Assembly: GCA_002790095.1 (NCBI GenBank)
Contig: PFUL01000024.1
Coordinates: 45 to 64,044 of the forward strand
Source: Elusimicrobia bacterium CG_4_9_14_3_um_filter_62_55
GTDB lineage: Bacteria > Elusimicrobiota > Elusimicrobia > UBA1565
Direction: 5' to 3'
Length of the DNA stretch: 64,000 bases
In this document: piece by piece, positions 56,846 through 64,000 of the stretch
How the letters are laid out: every line of letters begins with the position of its first letter
Position numbering within the stretch: position 1 is the first letter of the stretch
Translations under genes and position numbers: made by a program
Notes under the pieces: generated by a model
What the model saw: the letters and a program-made list of their open reading frames with translations, nothing else
Databases searched by the model: none
What the model was told of the DNA's origin: nothing

Positions 56846-59800
56846 ATGGGCGATCCGCATCATCACAACGACCCCGAACTGCTGCTCGAAAACGTGGCGA
56901 ACCTCGATACCGCGAGGATGACGCTGCGCTGGGCGCTCGAACGCATCCGCAGTCTCGAAAAGTCGAATTCCGAAACGCATGAACTGCTTCAGCAGGCGCA
57001 CGCGGCCCGCCAGCGTGCCGTCGATGAGCGAGAGGGGTTCAAGCGGTCCATCGAGGACCGCGCGAAACAGGTCGCCGAGAAAGAACGCTTCGTCTCCGAA
57101 ATGCAGACGATCCTCAACGACCTCTTCAAAGGCGAAGTCGACGTCGGCGAATTCATCCGGCGGCGCACCGACATCGAAGCCGCAAAGGCCGATCTCGAGA
57201 AGAAGGTCCGCAAGAGGCTCCAGGAAGCGGAAGACGCGCACCGACGGGAACTCGAAGAAAACAACAAGCGCCTCGCGGAAATGGAAGGCGTTTACTCGTC
57301 CGCGCTCACCGACGCGCAGCGCAAGTACCGTGCGGAGCTCGAGACCGCGCAGACCGCCTTCGATGAGGCGATCTGCAAAGAACGGCTAAAGCTCGATGAA
57401 GTTCGGGAGCGCTCGCATCGGGACGGGGTCAAACAGGCCGACGAATACCAGCGCAAAATCCTCTCGCTGGAACATAACTATCACGCGAAGCGCGCGGAAC
57501 TCGATCAAGACATCGAGCGTCTGCGCGAAAAGCTGCTTGAAGAACAAACCCGCCACATCAACCGCGCCAAGGAAGAAGCGAGCGCGCTCCAGCGGAACTG
57601 GGAAGCCGAGCGCGATCGACTGGAATCCCTTCTGCGGGAACGGGAAGAGCAGATCACCAAGCAGGATCTGGAACTCACGCGGCTCGAACGCGACTACCAC
57701 GAGCGGCACCGGGCGCAGGGCCGCCGCTTCGAGGAGGACCTCGCGTCTCTGCAGACGGAGCATTTCAAGGATACGCAAGCCCACACAAAGGCCCTGGCCG
57801 AGGCGGGGGTCAAGCTTCGGGAACGCGAGGAGGCCTTTCAGGAAGAACGCCAGCGACTTCTCGAACAGCAAAACCGGCTGCGTGAAGACGTCGCGCAGGA
57901 GTACGAGCAGACCTTCCAAGCTCTGCAGCGCTCGCTGATCGACAAAGAGCGCTCGCGCGCCGAGGAAACCTCCAAACGCGTCGAAGAACTGCATCGGACC
58001 CACGACGCCACCGTCTCCGCACTTCAGAACCGGTTGGAAAGCGTCCGTGAAAAAGCGGCGCGCCTGCATGAGGAACTCCAATCCAGCCACGAGAGCGATC
58101 TCGAGGCGATGCGCAAATTTTACGACGCTGAAATCGGGAGAACGCGCTTGGAAACGCTCAAGCGCGACCAGGCGCACGCCGAAGAATCGCGGGCGCTTCG
58201 GTTAAAGCTTCGCGAAGAAGCCGAGTCTCAGGCTCAGGAACAGGCGAGCCAGGCGGCGGCTCACCGAGAACGCATCCGAGCGCTTGAATCCGCTCTCGAT
58301 GAGAGCCACGCGCAATCCTTTAGAGACATTGAAGGCCGTCACGCTGAAACGCTTTCCGAGCAGTCCAAGATTTATTCCCGCCTGCGCACGGAGTCCATCG
58401 AGGACGAGCGCGTATTGCGCCGGGAAGACCACGCCCGGATGCGGGATACGCTCAAGGCCCAGATCGAGGCGGCGAAAGCCCGGGAAGCGGAGCATGAGCG
58501 GGAACTCGCCGCGCTTCGCCTCGGCTTCGAAAAGGAAAAATCCCGGTTCGAGAGTTCGCTTAAGGCGGCGGAGATCCGGCGGGAAGGCGAGGTCCGGGAC
58601 GAGCGGGAGCGGTTGGAAGCCCAATTGCGCGCCGCTCGGGAACGACACGACGCGGTGCTCTTTGAACTGGAGACCCGAACCGAGGCCGTTCAGGCGAAGC
58701 GCGCGGCCGAGGCCGAAGCCGTTCGGGAAGCCCGCGAGGCGGAACTCGAAACCCTGCGAGCCTCGTTCGCGGTCGCGATTCGCGAGAAGGAGGCCGAGCA
58801 CCGAGCCGGCGTCGCGGAACTCGAGTCAAAAATCCGGGAACTCCAGGCTCGCTTCGATGAAGGCATCGGAAAACTGCGCGAGCGTCAGACGACGCTTCGC
58901 GAAGAGGAACTGTTGAAGCGGGAACGCGCGATCGCCGCCCTCGAGGAGTTTTTCCAGGAAGCCCAGGTGAAGCGCTGGAAGGATTCCACCGAACAGTTCG
59001 AGGCTTTGCGAAAACGCTACAAAGAGGTTCTCGAAGGAAGCCCGCCGCGCGACAAAAAGCGGCCGTCCCCTTCGGAGAAACCCACCTATCCTCCAGGTTC
59101 CGCCGCGGCGGAACCGCCCCAAACGCCCGTTCGCGCGATGCCCGAACGCGCGAGACCGGATTTGAAAGAGGCCCGGCGGCTCATCGAGGGGAACCCCGCC
59201 TCACCCGCAAAGAACAAATCGCGCTGGGTCGCCCGGTCGGCTAAATTTCTCATCCTAATCGCGCTCTCCGCGGGGGGGATGTGGTCTCTGCAGCGATTGT
59301 CCGGCGCGGCGGGACGCGATCATAACGTGGTTTTCTCCCATCCTTCGGCGCTCGTATGGGAAGGGGAGTCTCTCTGGATCTCGGACTGGAAGGAAGAGAG
59401 CGTCTTCCGTATGCGGCTCAACGGTTCCGAACTCGTGGAAGACGCCCGCTTCGCGATCCCCGGGGTGCACGCGTCGGGACTCGCGATCGCAGACGAATTT
59501 ATTTACCTCTCCGATTCCTGGCAGCATCGCATTCAACGCTGGCGCATGGAGCGCGGCCGATTGGTTCTGGACCGGTCCTGGGCCAGTCCGGGACCCAATC
59601 CCTCCGCGCTGTATTACGACGGGATGCATCTCTGGAGCGCGGACTTGACCGAACGCCGCCTGTACCGTCATCTGGTCGACGACGCCCTGACGATTCTCGA
59701 TTCCTACCCGATCGATCATGCCGCGGTGGCGCTCTTCGCGGATAAAGACACCTTCCTGTCGGTGGATGCGGAAAACCGCATCGTCTTCCGTCATCGCTGG

Positions 59801-59983
59801 GACCGCCGGCTGACTGCGATCCGCGCCTTGGAACTCCCCGAACTTCAAGACGGGAAAGCCCCGCTTTCGGCGTTCACGATTCGCGGCGAACGCGTCTGGC
59901 TCGGGCTCGACGGCTCCGGAACGCTTCTCGAGCGTCCCTTCTGGAAGTTCAAAGAACGGTCGCTCGAAGCCGATCGACCTTGA
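56846..59983 (+). CDS. Large hypothetical protein: long N-terminal coiled coil, Pro-rich linker, single TM, C-terminal beta-propeller-like domain
   Basis: About 720 aa rich in E/R/A/L/K and almost free of Pro; TM FLILIALSAGGMWSL; blade-like repeats PSALVWEGESLWISD and PSALYYDGMHLWSAD. Confidence 0.85.
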   Translation: MGDPHHHNDPELLLENVANLDTARMTLRWALERIRSLEKSNSETHELLQQAHAARQRAVDEREGFKRSIEDRAKQVAEKERFVSEMQTILNDLFKGEVDVGEFIRRRTDIEAAKADLEKKVRKRLQEAEDAHRRELEENNKRLAEMEGVYSSALTDAQRKYRAELETAQTAFDEAICKERLKLDEVRERSHRDGVKQADEYQRKILSLEHNYHAKRAELDQDIERLREKLLEEQTRHINRAKEEASALQRNWEAERDRLESLLREREEQITKQDLELTRLERDYHERHRAQGRRFEEDLASLQTEHFKDTQAHTKALAEAGVKLREREEAFQEERQRLLEQQNRLREDVAQEYEQTFQALQRSLIDKERSRAEETSKRVEELHRTHDATVSALQNRLESVREKAARLHEELQSSHESDLEAMRKFYDAEIGRTRLETLKRDQAHAEESRALRLKLREEAESQAQEQASQAAAHRERIRALESALDESHAQSFRDIEGRHAETLSEQSKIYSRLRTESIEDERVLRREDHARMRDTLKAQIEAAKAREAEHERELAALRLGFEKEKSRFESSLKAAEIRREGEVRDERERLEAQLRAARERHDAVLFELETRTEAVQAKRAAEAEAVREAREAELETLRASFAVAIREKEAEHRAGVAELESKIRELQARFDEGIGKLRERQTTLREEELLKRERAIAALEEFFQEAQVKRWKDSTEQFEALRKRYKEVLEGSPPRDKKRPSPSEKPTYPPGSAAAEPPQTPVRAMPERARPDLKEARRLIEGNPASPAKNKSRWVARSAKFLILIALSAGGMWSLQRLSGAAGRDHNVVFSHPSALVWEGESLWISDWKEESVFRMRLNGSELVEDARFAIPGVHASGLAIADEFIYLSDSWQHRIQRWRMERGRLVLDRSWASPGPNPSALYYDGMHLWSADLTERRLYRHLVDDALTILDSYPIDHAAVALFADKDTFLSVDAENRIVFRHRWDRRLTAIRALELPELQDGKAPLSAFTIRGERVWLGLDGSGTLLERPFWKFKERSLEADRP

Positions 59984-60008
59984 CGCCCGCGCGGGTATCC
60001 ATTAGAAT
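59980..60008 (+). promoter_or_regulatory. Promoter TTGACG-17-TAGAAT (leaderless gene)
   Basis: Canonical spacing; ATG 5 nt downstream. Confidence 0.65.
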
Positions 60009-60013
60009 TGGGC

Positions 60014-60712
60014 ATGGGCTTTTTCGATCGATTTCTAAAGAAGAAAAGCGCGCCTGCGGAAAGCGGGAGCGCGGTCGACTCTCCCGATGAAGCCGACTCT
60101 GCGCCGAATCCCGAACGGGAAGCAGCCCGGCCGAAAGGCCGAAGCGCCCACGACTGGGCGATGCTGCTCGCGCTCAACAGCCTGATCCTCGTCGCTTCGG
60201 TCTCCGTGCTCGCAAGCCGAGCCTATCGTCATTTGACCGAAAACGAAGCGCCCATCGAGGCGAAAGCGACCCCGCCGAAGTCCGCGCCCAAGGCGCCGAT
60301 AAAGGAAGACCCGAAAACGGAGGCCCCTAAACCCGAGCCGGCCAAGGCCGATCCTCCGGCCCAACCAAAGGGTCCTCTGCCGAAACCCTCCCTCGCGGCG
60401 ACCTCGCCGCAGCGCGCGGAGCCCGCTCCCCGTTCGGGATCCGCCGCGGTTCCCGCCGTTCAGAGCGAGAAACCGCGGGTTTCCCTTCCCGTCTCGTTCA
60501 AGCACCAAGCCGCCGACGCCAAGGAAGTCGATCTGCTCGGGATGTTCCTCGTCCGCTCCGGCGGGCGCAAGCGCATGTTCAAAGACAGTAAGGGCTTCTG
60601 GCGCTCGACCGTCTATTTGAACACCGGTCAAAGCTACGACTATAAGTTCGAAATCGTAGAAGCGAACGGCCGCAAGACAACCACCGCGACTCAAACCGTT
60701 ACCGTTCCTTAA
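60014..60712 (+). CDS. Membrane protein with Pro/Lys linker and a C-terminal CBM48/AMPK glycogen-binding-like Ig domain
   Basis: TM MLLALNSLILVASVSVLA; AKEVDLLGMF...MFKDSKGFWRSTVYL..G..YDYKF. Confidence 0.72.
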   Translation: MGFFDRFLKKKSAPAESGSAVDSPDEADSAPNPEREAARPKGRSAHDWAMLLALNSLILVASVSVLASRAYRHLTENEAPIEAKATPPKSAPKAPIKEDPKTEAPKPEPAKADPPAQPKGPLPKPSLAATSPQRAEPAPRSGSAAVPAVQSEKPRVSLPVSFKHQAADAKEVDLLGMFLVRSGGRKRMFKDSKGFWRSTVYLNTGQSYDYKFEIVEANGRKTTTATQTVTVP

Positions 60713-60863
60713 CCCTCGGATCCGCCCTCCCACGAAAAAGCCCGCCGATTCCTAGGGAATCGGGCTCCCCTTCCGTAGTGAATCTGTAACACGTGCCTGC
60801 TACCCTCGAGAAGCCAACCGCCACTGGCACGTCGGGACACGGTCGGCATTGGGCGGATGGGAT

Positions 60864-63800
60864 ATGCGTCTCGGAAAACTGGGAATCTATTCGCTTCTTG
60901 CTTCGCTGCTGATGACGGGGGCCTTCGTTTCGGAGGCTCTCGGACAGACGACGGCGCGCTACCGACACACCACGACCCTCCTGCCCGACGGAAATATCCT
61001 CGTCGCGGGCGGCACCAACAATTCCGACGTCCCGACGACCTCGGCCGAAATCTACCGCTCCACGGCCTCCATCTACGTCGCCGCCGCGAACATGCCCGTC
61101 GCGCGCGCGTCCCATACGGCGACCTTGCTTCCCGACGGCCGGGTGCTCGTAGCCGGCGGGTGCTCGGGCGTGCCCTGTTCGGGTTCGATTTTAAACACGG
61201 CGCACACCTACGACCCGAGGACCAACGCCTGGACGGCGACCGCCAACAACCTGACGACGGCGCGCTACAACCACACCGCCACGCTGATGCCAGACGGAAA
61301 GGTTCTCATCGTGGGGGGGGCGACCGGCGCGGCGACCGTGACCAGCAGCTGCGACCTCTACGATCCCGCGACGAACTCGTTCTCCGCCGCGGCTTCGCTC
61401 GGTTTGGCGCGTGCGGCCCATACGGCGACCTTGCTCCACACGGGCCGAGTCTTCATCGCCGGGGGGTATCTCGCCGCCGCTGGATTCGCGGTCTCCACGG
61501 AACTCTACGACCCGGGACTCAATTCCTGGGCCGCGGGTCCTAGCTTGATCCAACAGAGGGCGTTTCACACGGCGACCCAAATGGGCCATCAGAAAGTCCT
61601 CATCGTCGGCGGCGCCAACGGGAGAGACATCGAGGCGAATCTCGGCCTCATGCAAACCGTGGAAATCTACGATCCGACCTCCAACAGCATCACGCCTGCG
61701 GCGCCGATGAACGCCCGGCGCGCCTTCCACACCGCGACGCTCAAGCCGGGAGGGGAGGTCAGCATCTACGGCGGTCTCTCGAACATCACGACCACCTTCC
61801 TGAACAACCAACTCACGTTCGAAAACGGCAGCGTCCTGAGCCTGACCCGAATCGTCGGGAACGACCGCGTCGCGCTTTTGAATCCGGTGGGCTCGACGCT
61901 GACGCTCGATATGGCCGGCGTACCGCTCTCGGTCCCGGTCAACGGACGGCTCATCAGCGCCGAGGTCTTCGTTTCCAGTCCAAACTCCTCCATCGACGTC
62001 GCGAATATCTTTTGGCCCTGGCCGAGCGGTAATCCTTCGAACCTCGTCGGACTCACAAGCGGGGATTTGACCGGCCGCATCGTGGACTCCAATCTCGGCG
62101 GGCTTCAGGAAACCGTGCAGATCAACCGCTTCCAAGGCACGACGCCTGGTTTGGCCATTTTCGCGCCTCAGGAAGTTACGGCCAACGACAACCCGATTCC
62201 GAACATCCGCCTTAATTCGGTCAGCGGCATCGGAATCGACGGCGGAGGCGGGTCGGTCCCGCCCTCCGGCGCCGCGCCGCTGACGGCCGGGACGATGATC
62301 CTCGACAATCTCATTCTCCCGATGCCCGAATCGTCCATTCCCGGATCGACGAATTTCACCGGGAAATTGACGATTACCGGGGGGAGCATCGACGCAACAA
62401 CGGACCCGAGCCGACCCTTCAGCGTCGAACTCTCGTCCGGCTCGACCGGCGTCGGCGCGGTATCCGGGACGGTCGGAACTGATTCCGGGGGCGGACCCAT
62501 TCTCACCCTTTCCGGCCTCACGTTCTCGGGTCTGAAGGGGAGCATCAGCAACAGCACGGACGCCGCCATCAGCGAAGCGCAAGTGGAAGCAGTGCTGGAA
62601 AGCAACCCACTAAAGGAAGTCTCGGGGCTTACGTTTCGCGCGGAGTTCACGCTCTCTCCGGTCAACATGACGAACGCCTCCTTCAACTTCGACGTCGCGA
62701 CGATCGTCGTCCGCTCCATGCAGTCCGCCGACTTCGAGTCCTACAACCCGAACACGAACCAATGGACCTTCGGCGACGCGATCAATGATCGCATCGGGGC
62801 GAGTTCTTTGCTCGCGCCGAACCAGGATGAGGCGATTTTCGGAGGGATTCACTGTACCGACGAGACGACTTGCGGCCTGCCCCCGTCGGGAAACTGGACC
62901 ACGCTCGGAGGACGCGCGGGGCTGATCCCGCATCCCGAGGGGGACCCGACCTGGTCAACCGGGAAGGATCTCGCCCACGCGCGCAGCAACCATTCGGCGA
63001 CGGAATTGTCGGACGGCCGCCTTCTCGTCGCCGGCGGCAACAACGGCACCGACGTCGTCGCCGTATCCGAGGTGTTCGACCCGATCGCCGACGAGTGGTC
63101 GAACACGAATCCGATGCGCCTGCCTCGCAGCCACCACAGCGCCACGCTGCTGCCCAACGCAACGGTGCTCGTCGCCGGCGGATTCACGACGGCGGTTTCC
63201 ACCGGCGCGACGAAGCAGGCGGAGATCTTCTATCCGGATTCGCGGACCTGGGTCGAAACCGCGCCGATGAGCTCCTCTCGCAGTTTCCATTCGGCGATCG
63301 TGCTGCCCGACGGGAACGTTCTGGTCGCCGGCGGATTCGCCGACGGAACCTATCTCGACACCGCGGAGATCTACTTCTCGACGATGCACGCCTGGGTCCC
63401 GATCGCCCCCATGGACACCGAGCGGGCCCAGCACACGGTATCTCTTCTGCAGGACGGGCGCGTTCTCGTCTCCGGCGGCGTCAACGTCGGCGGCGTGCTC
63501 GGAACCGGAACCGCCGCCAGCGCGTCTCCCGGCGTCGTGGGAAGCGAAATCTACGACCCGACCACCGGAGCCTGGTCGCGCGTCACCGTGGGGATGGTCA
63601 GCGCCCGGCACTCCCACACGGCGACGGTGCTCAACGACGGACGGGTTTTGATGGCCGGCGGAAACGACGGATTCGGTGAAATCCGCGTCGCGGAAATCTA
63701 TAACCCGACCGTCAATACCTGGACGCAAACGACGGGGCTGGGCAACGACATGCTTGTCGCCCGCTTAGGCCATGTGGCGACCTTGCTCCCCACTAATAAG

Positions 63801-64000
63801 GTGAGGATCTCCGGAGGGTTTACCGCTTTGGGCGGCGCGATCCGAGAATCGGAGAGCTTCGACGTTTTCTTCTCCTCTTGGGGCTACGATGGACCCATGG
63901 CTGTGGCGCGCGGTGATCACACGGTCTCTTTGCTCGGAAACGGAATGATGGTTGCCGTCGGAGGATCCGACGGGACGCAGGCGACGGAACGGGTGGAGAT
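60864..64000 (+). CDS. Secreted kelch-repeat (galactose-oxidase-type) beta-propeller protein; partial, runs off the right edge
   Basis: Not in the ORF track because there is no stop. Signal peptide MRLGKLGIYSLLASLLMTGAFVSEALG; at least 14 R..HTATLL.DG.VLV.GG...E.YDP...W repeats. Confidence 0.92.
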   Translation, partial: MRLGKLGIYSLLASLLMTGAFVSEALGQTTARYRHTTTLLPDGNILVAGGTNNSDVPTTSAEIYRSTASIYVAAANMPVARASHTATLLPDGRVLVAGGCSGVPCSGSILNTAHTYDPRTNAWTATANNLTTARYNHTATLMPDGKVLIVGGATGAATVTSSCDLYDPATNSFSAAASLGLARAAHTATLLHTGRVFIAGGYLAAAGFAVSTELYDPGLNSWAAGPSLIQQRAFHTATQMGHQKVLIVGGANGRDIEANLGLMQTVEIYDPTSNSITPAAPMNARRAFHTATLKPGGEVSIYGGLSNITTTFLNNQLTFENGSVLSLTRIVGNDRVALLNPVGSTLTLDMAGVPLSVPVNGRLISAEVFVSSPNSSIDVANIFWPWPSGNPSNLVGLTSGDLTGRIVDSNLGGLQETVQINRFQGTTPGLAIFAPQEVTANDNPIPNIRLNSVSGIGIDGGGGSVPPSGAAPLTAGTMILDNLILPMPESSIPGSTNFTGKLTITGGSIDATTDPSRPFSVELSSGSTGVGAVSGTVGTDSGGGPILTLSGLTFSGLKGSISNSTDAAISEAQVEAVLESNPLKEVSGLTFRAEFTLSPVNMTNASFNFDVATIVVRSMQSADFESYNPNTNQWTFGDAINDRIGASSLLAPNQDEAIFGGIHCTDETTCGLPPSGNWTTLGGRAGLIPHPEGDPTWSTGKDLAHARSNHSATELSDGRLLVAGGNNGTDVVAVSEVFDPIADEWSNTNPMRLPRSHHSATLLPNATVLVAGGFTTAVSTGATKQAEIFYPDSRTWVETAPMSSSRSFHSAIVLPDGNVLVAGGFADGTYLDTAEIYFSTMHAWVPIAPMDTERAQHTVSLLQDGRVLVSGGVNVGGVLGTGTAASASPGVVGSEIYDPTTGAWSRVTVGMVSARHSHTATVLNDGRVLMAGGNDGFGEIRVAEIYNPTVNTWTQTTGLGNDMLVARLGHVATLLPTNKVRISGGFTALGGAIRESESFDVFFSSWGYDGPMAVARGDHTVSLLGNGMMVAVGGSDGTQATERVE

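Noticed and set aside
56846-59000. SMC/Rad50 call for the coiled-coil protein
   Set aside because: No Walker A/B, signature motif or hinge visible, and it has a TM segment
60857-63728. Track ORFs over the last 3 kb (60857-61543, 61191-62582, 62870-63679, 62955-63728)
   Set aside because: The real gene is the stop-less kelch ORF starting at 60864 in another frame

Overview
GC-rich, gene-dense bacterial chromosome segment from a diderm. Elusimicrobiota is a plausible guess from the PorV/CTD-cargo pair, the TPR-SpoIID gene and the general gene style, but that is inference only. Left to right: (1) a 2752-aa iterative type I PKS/FAS (KS-AT-KS-ACPx3-KR-DH, no ER or TE) translationally coupled to an Sfp-like PPTase and an acyl-CoA carboxyltransferase; all three ACPs carry Thr instead of the canonical phosphopantetheinylated Ser (LGIDTVK). 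(2) A dtd operon. (3) Two peptide ABC transporter systems, an acyl-CoA ligase and a probable CC-adding tRNA nucleotidyltransferase. (4) A LamG/FN3 cargo with a T9SS-like C-terminal domain next to PorV. (5) Housekeeping genes (cyclophilin, PPK2, Mrp, aquaporin, pepA, folE, tal-pgi). (6) tRNA-Gly(CCC) followed by a decayed islet (MFS fragment, deletion-fused abiEi/abiEii). (7) An envelope operon (TPR-SpoIID, sugar kinase, rpiB, kdsC-like, wza/wzc-like), a large coiled-coil/beta-propeller membrane protein, a CBM48-like protein and a kelch-repeat secreted protein that runs off the window. Many genes look leaderless (-10 box 5-8 nt before the start codon), and several small deletion relics lie in intergenic DNA. 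I saw no CRISPR array, rRNA, integrase or transposase. All family calls come from reading motifs by eye, not from database searches.
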